A stretch of 42,815 bases of DNA from Selaginella moellendorffii (lineage: Eukaryota > Plantae > Lycopodiophyta): NCBI RefSeq assembly GCF_000143415.4, contig NW_003314433.1:1-42815 (forward strand), read 5' to 3'. The stretch's first letter is position 1; each line of letters opens with the position of its first letter. Below the pieces are notes generated by a model. The model was given only the letters and a program-made list of their open reading frames with translations. It did not search any database and was not told where the DNA came from. This document shows, piece by piece, positions 23,051-35,595 of this stretch. A program made the position numbers and the translations under genes.

Positions 23051-24523
23051 ATGATATCTCCTGTCTCTAGCTTGCGAGTCTCTCGATTCAAAGGCGCTGG
23101 CTCCTTTCTCGGCCGCTTGCGCGGCATTAGAAAGACACATTCCTGGGGCTCCGACGAGGAACTGGCAATGGAGGTCGATGTGGACGATGAATCCCTGGAA
23201 ATGCCGGAGCTAGACGCGCAGCAGCTAGATTTTCCACCTCCGGGGCGCAGGAATCCAAGGAAGCAATCCGGGAAGAAGTCTCTCTCCAAATCCAAGATGA
23301 AAAAGCTGCTCAAGCAAGAGCTCGAGAAGGAGAGAAAGTCCAACGTTTTCCACTCTTTCTCGGCCTTCTACGAAGAACAGTATGGAAGCGCGCGGTGGAG
23401 CTCTCTGATGGCGTGCCTCCTGTCAAAGCCCCGCGTTGCATGCCTCGTTAACAAGTACTGCAACGAGTCCAGCGTTCCTCCATCGACAAATTCCACTCGA
23501 GTTCCATTCCTCAAGCTTCCGGTCTACGAATCCAGCGCGCTCTTCCCTCATCCCGAGCGTGACACCCACAACGTCTTCGACTACTACCTCATGGATGCCG
23601 CGTCTGTGCTCGTCACCGAGGCTCTGGATCTCGAGGTGGGCGACAAAGTCTTGGATTTGTGTGCTGCTCCCGGAGGAAAAACTCTGGGAATTCTGCAGCA
23701 GCTGGATCTCCTCCAAGGCGCGCTGGTAGCAAACGAGCCATCGCCAACAAGGAGCAAGCGACTGTCGAAGGTACACACTGCATGTTTTTGTTTTTGTTCT
23801 TCCACTTTGTTTGCTTTGAACTGATCAAAGTCTCAGCTTTGCAGGTCATCTCCGAGTACGTGCCGGCAAATCTACGGACTTCCATTCGCGTCACCCGTCG
23901 CAATGGTATCAAATGGATGGAGCATGATCTCTATGACAAGGTGCACCGTTTTCTCACGCTAGCTGGGAATATGATCAACGTGTTCACGGGGTATTTGTTT
24001 GTAGGTGCTGGTGGACGCACCTTGTTCCTCCGAGCGACACTTGCTACACGACCCAAAGGAGCTCGGGACATGGACGCCCCGACGCACGGAGAATTGCGCA
24101 AAGCGGCAGCTCGCGCTCTTGTTTGCGGCTCTGCGAGCTGCCAAGCTCTATGGTAGGATTGTCTACTCGACGTGCTCCCTAAGTCAGCTAGAGAATGACA
24201 GTGTGATCTCAAAGGTGAGCACTGAGGCCATTGTTTATACTTTTTTCTCGTTGTTCCAGCTTTAACCTTTGGCTTGACAGGCACTAGAGAAAGGCAAGCT
24301 TGACTTCGAGATCATCCAAAAGCAGTGGCCGGTGGGAGAAAGGACGGAGCACGGCTGGATCATTCTCCCTGACGTTTCTCAAGGATGGGGTCCAATCTAC
24401 ATTGCGGTGCTCAAGAAGCTTAGCACGAAGCCGGAACTTTTCGAGGAGTGTGTCGAGGATCTAGAAGAGCTCCAAGACACCGACGGGGAGCCACTGCTGC
24501 TATTGCCAGGACCAGAGAGCTAG
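23051..24523 (+). CDS. RsmB/NOL1/NOP2/Sun RNA m5C methyltransferase, NSUN3/4-like (4 exons), possible organellar transit peptide
   Basis: YYLMDAASVL, VLDLCAAPGGKT, VANE, DKVLVDAPCSSERH, IVYSTCSL..EN and GWIILPDVSQGWGPIYIAVLKK. N-terminus is Arg/Ser-rich; alternative ATG at 23168. Confidence 0.92.
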
Positions 24524-24964
24524 CTAGCTAGCTCATCACAAGCCGTAAGTAGAGTTCCACAAAACTTCTGCTTCTTGTCAACGGAACACTCTCAAACTTT
24601 GGTGAGCAAAGCTTGATTTGATAGCAGCGAAGACTTTAAGATTCTTAACTTCCAGGATCTTTCTGCTCCTCCGCCGGCTTTCGATTCCATCAGGAATCAT
24701 CAGAGTTCGCTGTGCAACGATCACGCGCTCAAAAGCGTCAAACCCGTGACAAAGGGAAGACAAAGAGGAGAGAAAACTGTTGTTTGGAGCTCTCCTCTTC
24801 GCTGAAAAGGAGATCAAACGACCTCTCTTTGTCAAAGTAAGTCGGGAATAATCTTCCATCACATCATCTTGCTGACCACTAAACTTTAGAACATTTTTGT
24901 AGCTTTGCGCCATAGCCACAGCGATTTGCAAGCACACAGCGCTCGAAAGGCCAAGAGGAAAAAA

Positions 24965-25210
24965 AAATTAACGTGGCTACGAAGTGGAGGGTCTCCATCT
25001 CCATTTGCTGATCGCCCACTATTGGCGACTGTGCCACGCGTCAGCCCAGCAAGGGTGTGCTCACATGGGCCAACCACATGGCTCCACGTAGTCCCTTGGA
25101 CGGCCGGCAGTGGGCCAGCAAGCGCCGACATGTCATGCAGCGGTCCGGTAGCCAGGACCTCGTCCGGCGAATAATCAGGGCAAGTGACGTGGCGGGCTGT
25201 GGGCCGCAGG
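24965..25210. promoter_or_regulatory. Promoter with clustered ACGT-core (G-box/ABRE-like) and site II (TGGGCC) motifs upstream of PIP5K
   Basis: acgtggc (about 24971 and 25187), ccacgt (about 25083), gccacgcgt and three tgggcc. Confidence 0.5.
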
Positions 25211-25591
25211 ATTAGATTCGAGCCCTCTCTGCCGTTAAGAGGATTAAAAGAAAGAGATTTGATGCTCCAGAGCATAGATTTTGAGGCTTGGGCGAGGTCC
25301 ACTCTAGGGTTTTGGGATTCGAGCACACGAATGGGGGCGAGCCAGGAGGCGCCTGGCGATGGAGCAGTGGAGATCGCGGTCAGGCTGATGCTGGTGAGAG
25401 AGAGATAATCTTCCCTTCGACAGCAGGCTTTCGTCGTTTCCATTGCGTGTCTGGGATTTGCCCCGAATTGCGGCTTGTTTGCTTGCGTCCATCGCTCGTA
25501 GCTTTCGTACTGATCGAAATACCGATGTGTGTGGTGTTGGCGCAGATGAGCAGTCCTAGTCCTACGTGAGCGGGTGTTGCGCCGAAAAACA

Positions 25592-28451
25592 ATGTTTCTC
25601 TCCTCGTCGACGGATTTGCTGGAACGTAGATCGAAGAAGAGGCAGGATTTCAGCTTCTTGAAGGGATCGGCGGGGGGATCCGTCATGCCGGCTGATGACG
25701 AAGATGACAGTGGCAATGCGGCGAATGTGGGAAACGGTGACAGGCCAGAGCTTCTCCTGGACGGCACTAGCGACGAGAAAGCTCTCCCAAACGGGGATCG
25801 CTATGTAGGGGCTCTGGTAGGAAACCTTCCAGAGGGGAGAGGGAAGTACATATGGGCGAACGGCTCCTGGTACGAGGGGCAGTGGGAGAAAGGGAAGAAG
25901 TCGGGTCGTGGGAAGTTCGTGTGGCCGTCCGGGGCGTTCTACGAGGGGGAGTTTGCCGGGGGATTCATGCAAGGTCTCGGGAACTTTCGAGCTCCCAATG
26001 GTGCCGTCTACAAGGGGAACTGGAGCATGAACTTGAAGCATGGTCTCGGACGGCTCCGCTATGCCAACGGTGACAAGTATGAGGGCGCCTGGAAGCACGG
26101 CTTGCAAGATGGTTTCGGGAAGTACGTGTGGACGAACAAGAACGTCTACGTTGGGGACTGGAAGGCTGGTGTGATGACGGGAAAGGGAGTTCTAAGGTGG
26201 GGGATGGGCGATGCCTTCAATGGGGAGTGGCTGAATGGGATGGAGCATGGCCGTGGAGTTTACTACTGGGCGGATGGAAGTATTTTCGTGGGAACCTGGA
26301 GCCGGGGACTGAAAGACGGCAAGGGAGTTTTCTATCCCGCTGGGACGCTGCCGTTGGACATGAGCACGCGAGAGAACCTCATGCTCAACAAAGTGGAGGA
26401 GTATCTCGCAACCGGGATTGCCAAGGACTGGACGTCGGTGGGATCGTGGAAGAATGGGAGGAGGGAGCTGGATTCGAGGTTCATTACGAGCAGTGGCTCG
26501 GGAAATCTGGATCAGCAGATCAAGAAGAATGTGTGGCTGGGCAGACGGTGGAGTTTAGAAGGGCCTTTGGAAAGGGTGCTGGGCCTCGAGTCGTTCTTCA
26601 TAGGCGGGGAAGCGATCTTAGAGGAAGAGAAAGATGACGTTCCGGAAGTTGCTCCCATTCTGGAGAGGGAGTACGCGCAAGGTGTTCTTATCAATGAGAT
26701 TGTGAAGCAGCCGATAGGAAGTGTGTTGTCAAAGAGCTCCAGGAGAAAACGCCGACGCCAACCAAGGGAGCCGAAAAGACCGGGTGAAACGATCTTCAAA
26801 GGACACAGAAGTTATGATCTCATGCTTACTTTGCAAATAGGCATCAGGTAATGCGGCTGGATTTTCTGTGCTTGTTCATACGATCTTAAGTTTTAGTTTT
26901 GCTTGTCAGGTACACGGTTGGAAAGGTAACTCCAGAGCCATGTAACAACATCGGTCCTCTGGATTTTGGCTCAAAGGCTTCCGTGAGAATGAAGTTTCCA
27001 AAGATGGGATCACAAGTAACTCCTTGTCATAGAACGGTCGATTTCGCGTGGAAGGACTACTGTCCAAGAGTTTTCAAGTAAGCAGATGCATTGCTGATGT
27101 TTGATCTAGCCTGCTCTGTTTCTAAATTTTGCAGACGATTGCGGGAAATGTTTAAGATCGATGCAGCCGACTACATGCTCTCTATCTGCGGTAATTCTGC
27201 ACTAAGAGAGCTTCCATCCCCGGGAAAGAGTGGCAGCGTGTTCTTTTTGTCCAACGACGATCGTTTTATGATCAAGACTATGCGCAAGTCAGAAGTGAAG
27301 GTACATACGTAGCTAGCTGGCTCTCTTTTATCAGTTTTTCTTGTCTTCGACAGGTGTTGCTGAGAATGCTTCGAAGCTATTACAATCACGTAAGCTCGTA
27401 CGACAATACATTGATTACAAAGTTTTTCGGCCTGCATCGTGTGAAGCCTCAGGGTGGGCAGAAGGTAGTTGTCAGAAAGTGATTTGACATGGAGCAATTT
27501 CAACGTATTTGTTACAGGTCCGGTTCGTAGTCATGGGTAACATGTTTTGCACGGACTTGAGGATACACCGCCGATATGATTTGAAAGGATCGCTTCAAGG
27601 ACGTTGCACTGGCGAGGCCGACATCGATGAGAACACCACGTTGAAAGACTTGGATTTGGACTACGTCTTCCATCTGGAACCAAGTTGGCGCGACGCTTTG
27701 ATAAAGTAAGTTTCTTTCTCATTCTTCATGGGAGTTCGTTCTGACATTTTCCTTAAACTGATGAAGGCAGATAGCCTCTGATTGCAAGTTCCTCGAGTCT
27801 CAACATATAATGGATTACAGCCTCCTGTTGGGGCTTCACTTTCGAGCGCCACACTTTTATCAACCTTCCAAAGGAACCATTCCCGATGGTGGTAAGAGCA
27901 AAGCTTGCTTTACGATAGTCTAAGCCGTGTTTTCCAGAGGAGGAGTGGACGCCTGCTAGGAGTCTAGTACTTGTTCCACGGGATCAAGGAAAGAGAACCA
28001 TGAGCTCCCACATACGAGGAAAGCCTCTTACGGCCGCTGGAATCGCCGAAGCCGATGACAATGCAGAGGTTGATTTGCTTCTGCCAGGAACTGCTCGGTA
28101 AGAGTATCCCTGCAAGTTTGGATTTCGATCTTGACAACCATGGAGTTGATTCCTCGCAGGCTGCAAATCCAGCTGGGAGTAAACATGCCCGCTCGAGCCG
28201 ATCGAAAGCCTCGAAAAAAGGAGGAGAGCAACGACGAGGAAGAATCGCTGGACGAGGTGCACGACGTGGTTCTCTACCTGGGCGTGATTGACATCCTCCA
28301 GGAATACGACGTGGGCAAGAGGATCGAGCACGCGTACAAATCGCTCCAGTTTGATCCAGTGTCGATATCAGCGATCGAGCCCGCTAGTTACTCACAGCGC
28401 TTCCAAGACTTTCTTTGTAAGATATTTCCAAGCAACGATTCGAATGGCTAG
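25592..28451 (+). CDS. PIP5K: Phosphatidylinositol-4-phosphate 5-kinase with N-terminal MORN repeats (PIP5K7-9-like)
   Basis: About 8 MORN repeats ([21 protein letters not shown]), then [64 protein letters not shown] and GVIDILQEY; GT-AG introns. Confidence 0.97.
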
Positions 28452-29553
28452 TTAGGGTTCTCCGTTTACTGAGAATTAGGGTTCTTCGTTTGTAATAGGG
28501 GCGGGATGGGCGCGACAGAGCGATGGATGGCGCAAAAGAGATGTGAGTCGCTCCACAATCCCTATTTTCTCTCTCGCTCTCGCACATTTCCATCGCAATC
28601 ACGCCAGTTAGTGCTCTGCGCATCGAGTTTTGTTTCTTTCGCTTCCATTTTTATTTTATTTTGTGCTTTCTTTTCATGTTGATGGAGGTCAGATCAAGAT
28701 TGTAGGGCACAGCTGACAGAGGGAAATAAAAAAGAGAGAATGAACGCGCATGCTTCGTCTTCTACCACTTGCTCGATTCATCCATCCATCCATCCTCGTC
28801 CCTTTTTCTTTTTTCTTTTTTTTTTCCTCTTTTTATTAGGCGCGTTCTTAAGCACATATGCCAACATTTCTCTTTTTACTTTGTAGCTAGTCTCTTTTGT
28901 TTCGCAAATATCTTCCCTCTGCGGCCTCTGGCACAAGTTATCCCAAAGGTTTTGAGTCTACTTTCTTTGTTTTGTTTCTTCTCCTTTTTTTTTCTTTCTT
29001 GTTCCTGGCTGGCCGCTGGCATGAACTGTGAATCGACGGATTCTTGCTTTAAAGCTCATTGCCAAGTGCCAGAGACGCCACCCTCTCGAATCATATTAAC
29101 CCAGATCCATGAGCACGAAGTAGCGAAGCATGATTTGGTTAACTTGGTGGAATTGATTACAATGGAGCCTTTTGCAGATTCCAGATGGCTACGCGTGAGC
29201 CTCCAAGTAGACAGTGAGACGGGACGCTGCAAGTTTGTCTCTTATATATCCAATGCGCGCCCTTTACAGTGGCTGACTTACAAACCATGCAACTTTGCGA
29301 ATGGGAGGAGGGAAATATCATCAATGATCGCTCGAGCTTTTGAGCTCGGCGTCATGGTTAGCTGCCGTGTCACTTCACAGCGAGCTGTGCATACCGGAGT
29401 CCTCACTGTTGTTTGAGGTATCAAGGTTCAAGCATCCCCATCAGGAATGGCTGCTTGTGTCAATTCTTCCTAAGGCTGAGAGGAGAAGGACTTGGTTTCA
29501 AGCAGCGACTTCCATCGTTCAATGTTGTGAGGCTCTTCCTCCTCCTTTCAAGG

Positions 29554-31403
29554 ATGAGCAGCTCCAAGCAAGCACAGGTGGTATACTATCTGTGCAGGAA
29601 GGGGTCTTTGGAGCAGCCACACTTGATAGATGTTGGATTCACGCAAGAGAATGAGCTGCTTCTCAGCGGTAAGTGCTTTCTTTACTATTCAAGATGCTCT
29701 GCGTGGTCTGAACTGAATGTGTTTCTATCTTTTCTCTTCAGATGTGAAGCGAAGTCTTGTTGCTATCCGCGGTAGGGGCATGCCGGATTTGTTCTCTTGG
29801 TCCTACAAAACGTACGGGTCTTATTCTCGGAGTTCCTGTTCTTGCATTTTTCTAATGCTCGCGCTCGTGTTTCATTTCTTTTCTTTTTTGTTCTTTGTCA
29901 AACAACAGGAAGTACAAGAATGACTTCATCTGGCACGATGTCTCCGATAATGATGTGGTTCTTCCTATGAACGATGCCGACTACATTTTGAAAGGATCTG
30001 AGATTGTTGATGGAGGTAAATAGAAAAAAGAATAGACTTTCATAGTCTCTTCTCTTCTTGATTTTTTATGACTCGATTTTTCAATGCAGAATGCGAGCAT
30101 TGTCCACATGACTCTGATAGCGAGATTCAGTGCAAACTAATGCTCAAAGAACACGCCTGTCTCGCCAAGTCTCCTGTTCATCGAGCCTTTCCTCTGGAAG
30201 AATGCGTTATCCAGACCACAAATCATCCTACAGCCGACACCAGTGCCAGGAACAGCAACGAGCTCAAGCTGTGCAAGCAGAGGTCAAATTTGGATCATGG
30301 TAACAGTATTACAACTCAAACAGATGACGAAGAACTCCCAGTCCGAGCTCCAAAGCACGAATGCTGCCAATGCCGAGGAGAGAAGCCTCTTCCAAATCCA
30401 CCACCGCTTGCTTCAAGTAAGGAAGTACCTCCTGCGAGCTGTGCCGACAAGACCCCTCAACGAAAAGCAATCACTGTTTTTGGAGGGATTGAGTCGGGTT
30501 TTAAGGACGACAGTGGAAGAACAAAAAAGGTCGGTGGATCGTCGCTTATATTCAGGCAAATGCTCCCCTGTGCCGACATTGGGACCAGAGCTCAGCAAAA
30601 TGGGTTTACCGGGCAGAAGCAGGATTTGGCTGCTGTTTCCAAGGAGAATGGGAGCTGGAAGCAAAGCTGTAAAGTCTGGAAGAAGAATGGAGGACGCTTG
30701 TCTCCACTTTTGGACAGGGGAACAAAGATAGTGTCGGACGGTCGGCACAGCTATGACTCCAAGCAACACTCTCTTCTTCCCGGCACACCGACAAGCAAGT
30801 ATCAAGATTTCCAGAGCCAGCGCTACAGTACGCTTACTCGGTATAGACCTCGGCATTCTTTTTCTAACAGGTAAGTTGTGACTGGTGCTCTTTGTAACTT
30901 GAGATGGTCTAATCGCTTTTGGTTTCTTTCAGTGACTACTTTGATTCTTACGACTTGTTTACGAGGCCCGAGAAAGTTAAGGAGGTGGACGCGAGACCAT
31001 CCAACGCATCCAGGGTCAGCCTCGAGTCGCTCTACGAGGTTGATTGCAGGGCCAAGACTTTCGACTGTGTTGTGGATCAGCAAGCGAGAGGATCTCCGGC
31101 CGCTGGGAAATGCGGCGATGACAACTCCATCCCGTCGGTTGGCAACCATATCATCTCGAAGCTCGTCCTGGAGGCCAAAGCCAACGAGGAGAAGGATAAA
31201 GTCTGGTGGGAGGGGATTCGATCCACGCCGAGAAGAGAGAACAGGGCCAACGACGAAAGGTAAGATATTTCTTTCGGCTTTTTGGCTCTTTTGGTTTTTA
31301 GATCTTTGTTTCTTCTCTCTTTTCCAGGATGCGTAAGAACAAACTCGATTGGGAAAAGAACTTACAGGACGCAGTGAACATGATCATACGACCTCCACAA
31401 TAA
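29554..31403 (+). CDS. SOK: SOSEKI (DUF966, DIX-like domain) polarity protein, multi-exon
   Basis: QVVYYLCRKGSLEQPHLIDV...DVKRSLVAIRGRGMPDLFSWSYK..YKNDFIWHDVSDNDVVLP...YILKGSE. Last exon splices to RMRKNKLDWEK...PPQ*. Confidence 0.9.
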
Positions 31404-31720
31404 CAGTGATAGGTGACCATCCTCCTCTCTTTTTTCCTTCTTCTTCCACTCCATTCCAAAAGCTCTCGCTTCGTTTTGGTTTTGATACGTCTGGGTTCCC
31501 CTCTAGCACTCTAGAAGCTGAACTGGCAATTGAAAATACAGATGTTGGCTTCTAGACTGCTAGAGGAGCATCAGCGAGAACAAAAAAATAGCTTACTAGT
31601 TTAATGTATGATCTTCTATACAATGGAATCGTACAAGAAGAACAAGACACGTAAGATGCCCAGTCCAAGACATGACAAAGGAGTGGTGTTAGGCCGTGAT
31701 GGTTTTGTGTTTTTCGAGAA

Positions 31721-33551
31721 ATGGGATCTCTCTGGATCGATCACGATGCCGCCGAGAAAACTCGAAAGGATTTTGTCAATCTCTTGGCGAGCAGGCACAA
31801 GGATCCAGGTTTTTCCAAGAATCTCCTCTTTGGGTCTTTGATAGTACCTCTCTTTTCTCCAGGGCCGCTGGTGGCTAGATCATGCAAGATTGTTTCACAG
31901 GAAACTGTCCAGCAATTCGATATTCCTATGGTAGAGTTCTCTTCTCGTTGGATTTTTCTCACATCTTTGATAGCTACGATTATCTCGGGAAGAACTCGAC
32001 CAACTGGAAGAGGAGCGCCTTGTTCTTGTGACAGAGGTAAGGCATTGTACACGATTTTTCTTCCACCCCGATTCATCGATAGGAATTTTGGTAAAGGTTG
32101 GAGATCAAGGCCAGCTTCCAGTTTTGATCATCAGAAGGAAAAATGGAGCAACGCCAAGTCCTGCTCTTGTCATACTCCACAGCTCATACAGTTGCAAGGA
32201 TTCCATAAGAAATGTGGTGGAGGTATGTGCTATTTTTCTTTGCTTCTCGAGAGATTTTTTTGGCCAGTATTTTGCTTTCCATGGTTTTACTGCCATCACC
32301 ATCGATAATCGGTACCACGGAGAGCGAGCATCATCATCTTATCAAAATGTAAGTTTGTTTCTCCATAGTTTCTAAGCAAGTTTAATATCTTTCTCGTTTC
32401 TTCTTCGATCATATCCATCGCAGGCTATGATTTCCGCGTGGAAGACAGGCCGAGAGATGCCTTTCATCTTCGATACGGTATGTAAGATTGACTTCGCTAT
32501 GAACATAGTTTTCTTGATCGATCACACAGGTCTGGGACGTGACCAAGCTGATGGACTACCTCATCCAAAGAAAGGACATCGATTCCACTCGCATAGGAAT
32601 GACGGGGATTTCGCTCGGTGGTATTTATACAATCTTTTGGAAACCAGCTTCCAAGTTTTAATTCTCTTTCTCTTTTGCATGGGTTTTGTCTGATCACTTT
32701 CACAGGAATGATCACTCTGTACTCAATGGCTGCTGACGCTCGAATTGCTTCAGCCGTTCCTATGATTGGTGTTCAGGTTTCCGAAATCTTTGTATTTCTA
32801 GTTTTTGTGTTCTCTCTTTCGATTTGATTACCTTATCTCGTGACATGCTTTTGTGTTGTGCCAGAACTTTAGCTGGGCAGTAAAAAATAATAAGTGGCAA
32901 GCAAGAGTTGGCAGCATCCCGCACGCCTTTGAAGGTATTCGAGTAGCTTCACAGCAGAAAAGAAAAAAGGAAAAAACTTTGTTGGTTATTCACAAAGGTT
33001 TAATTCCTTCTTACCTTTTCCAGTTGCTGCTGGGGACCTCGGCAAAGCTTGCTGTGATTCAGAGACTGTCGCAGCTGTAAGTGCTTTCCCCTCTTTTTTT
33101 CTTCAAGGAAAACTCATCTCGATTTGATCACGTAGAACAGGTTTGGCAACGAATAGCTCCCGGCCTGATGCACGAGTTTGATGTCCACCACATTCTTAAA
33201 GCGGTGTTTCCTCGCCCCTTGCTCATTCTCAATGGTACGCACTCACAAGTTTCGCAAGAAATCTATGAAGAGAGAATTTGTTTTCATCTCAGGAAAGAAT
33301 GACCCAAGGTGTCCTGTCGAGGGACTGGAATCTTGCATCCGTGAAACATCCAAGATTTACAAAGCAGCTGGGCATCCCGAAAAGTTTCAGGTTTTGATTG
33401 AATATTCTTCTCCAAGATCAAACTGATAAAACGAGAGAATTGAGCTTGGCAGTTCGTGGCGGAGGAGAATGTGGGACACGAGATCACGGAGTCGATGATG
33501 GAAGCCGCCATGCGCTGGTTTCGCAACTATCTCTGTATCTCAAAACTTTAG
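31721..33551 (+). CDS. Alpha/beta-hydrolase (esterase/dienelactone hydrolase-like), about 13 short exons
   Basis: IDNRYHGERA, nucleophile elbow RIGMTGISLGGM, PRPLLILNGKNDPRCP (Asp) and VGHEIT (His). Confidence 0.9.
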
Positions 33552-33653
33552 TTCTTGAACTTTCAGCTGACTGTCCACGTGTGCCCTTAACGGTCAACCG
33601 CATCCGATTCAGCTGAAAGGGCACACTTCATTCTAGCAACTGTAGAAAAGAAA

Positions 33654-34457
33654 ATGGAGCTCGAAGCTGCAATGGAGCATCTCAAATCCCTCTCCCGCGG
33701 CGCAAAGCAGCAGCGAGAGATCGAAGCCAGAAAAGGCGGAGTGTTGATCATCTCCCTGCTCTTCTTCGCCACGCTCTATGCCACGGCCTGGTTCTTCATC
33801 TTCCGGAGCTGGAGCAAGCACAAGCGATGCCGTGCGGCGAGCAGCTCAATCTCCTTCGCCCATGCGCTGGTCGGAGCTTCCCTGGCAATGGCGGACATGG
33901 TATCGTCGCCCTGGACGCTCGACGCCCCAAACACGGCATTCCAGAACAGGATCATGGAGTGGAGCATGGCCTACTTCATCGTCGACCTCTTTCACTACTT
34001 CCTCGCGGTTCCCGAGGATCATCTCTTCATCGCCCACCACTTAGCGACGCTCACGTACATGATCTCTTGCCGCTACTACACTCTCCATGGCGCCAAGTCG
34101 GTGATGAGCTTGATCGCGGCGGGGGAAGCCACCACTCCACTCCAGGCGATCTGGACGCTGGCGAGGCTGGCCAAGGACGAGTTCCCAGTCGCGGAGAGGG
34201 TCTACACGGCATTGTCTCCGACGTTCACGCTGCTCTTCACGATCGTTCGAGGGATGCTGGGGCCGTTCTTGCTGGGAAAGCTGGCGAGTTTCTATCTCTG
34301 GGGTCGTGCCGACACTGTGATCCCTCGATGGCTGGCTTGGTTCTGGGTGTTTGAGGTGAGCTTTGCGGTGGTGGGCAGTATGATTTGGGTGTTTCGGCTG
34401 TGGCGAGGACTGTTCAAGCTCAACTCGCAACGCAGTGGATTCTGGAAGAGCGATTGA
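33654..34457 (+). CDS. TLC (TRAM/LAG1/CLN8) domain membrane protein, intronless
   Basis: Multiple TM helices; SISFAHA, NTAFQNRIMEWSMAYFIVDL, FIAHHLATL, GEATTPLQ and FTIVRG. Confidence 0.9.
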   Translation: MELEAAMEHLKSLSRGAKQQREIEARKGGVLIISLLFFATLYATAWFFIFRSWSKHKRCRAASSSISFAHALVGASLAMADMVSSPWTLDAPNTAFQNRIMEWSMAYFIVDLFHYFLAVPEDHLFIAHHLATLTYMISCRYYTLHGAKSVMSLIAAGEATTPLQAIWTLARLAKDEFPVAERVYTALSPTFTLLFTIVRGMLGPFLLGKLASFYLWGRADTVIPRWLAWFWVFEVSFAVVGSMIWVFRLWRGLFKLNSQRSGFWKSD

Positions 34458-35595
34458 TTGGATCTCGACTCGTAGAAGAGAGTTTGAATGGAAAGGAGAG
34501 AATGCTCCTTGGTATCTGAATGTGCGTCAACTTTGAAGAGATAACTAAGTTACTAGGAAGGAAGCTGGACTAAATAAAAGTAAGTCTTCAAAAATGTTTT
34601 ATTGGGATAAAAAGTGTACCATCTAAAACACACATAAACATATGAGCTATAAGAGAATATGTTAGTTTTCATGAGCTGTGAGCACTCTAAAAGATACAAA
34701 AGTTTATTTACATAATGTGTGATGGATTTGTCTTAACTCAGAAGTTTGTGATGCCTTTTTTTTTCAGGCTGAAGCTGCTAGAGTTCGGGCATGGTGATCC
34801 CAGTATGAGAAATCAACACATTGTTTTTCATGACTCATAAGATTACTTTTATAAAAAATTCGTGATTCTTTCTTTTTCTATTCTCACAGGAACAAGAAAG
34901 AGTAGTGATTCAAGAACAAGAAGCTCTTACTCTTTCTGAAACTATAGATTTACCTTAGTCACTATAAATAAAGAGTTATAATAAACTGGTCAATTATTAT
35001 AAATCATATGAGGTTATCTTAATTAAATAGAACAAGTTATTTGAATGTAATAGTGATAGAAATAAAAAATGTATGACTATAAATTTTTATTGGAATTTAT
35101 AATATATATAATTTATTTTTAGAATATTTTTAAAGTTTAAAATTTCAAGCTATTATATTATTATATTTTTCAAGAATTAATTTCAAGGAGAAATTTATAG
35201 TTTATAATAATATTTGGAACTGCTGCTTATTATAGACCAATTAAATGATATATCGTTTGATGTTTATCCATAAAAATTCCACACTTTTAAAATAAAAAAG
35301 TTTCTCCATTTTGAAAACAATTTGATTCTTTGCCACTTGAGAATCTGCAATACACACCAATTGTTCTTACAATAGAAACAGATAACCTGCTAGTCCCTTT
35401 GTTAGAAAGATGGTTCTAACTAGAGCCTTGAGATATTCGACAACTGTTCGCTAGAACATCTCGATCACAGACTGTTGCAAGAGTTGAGTTGAGTTGCAAG
35501 CAAACAAAAGGAATTGTGCTTATTGAGCTCAAGAGCAAGATAATTCCATGCCTGCAGTCCCTCCACGTCCATGCAGTAGGAATGTCATGATCTTC

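Noticed and set aside
24650-24850. U3 snoRNA-like words (cgacttactttga, gagcgcgtgat, tgatga, ctga) on the minus strand near IMP3
   Set aside because: Box A is missing, spacing does not fit, and no USE/TATA snRNA promoter is visible.
24886-25767. 293-aa minus-strand ORF and other antisense ORFs over PIP5K, TLC and the toxin gene
   Set aside because: Shadow ORFs in GC-rich promoter or coding sequence with no recognisable motifs.
28769-29416. 215-aa ORF upstream of SOSEKI
   Set aside because: Non-ATG start and Phe-rich translation of T-rich intron or leader sequence.
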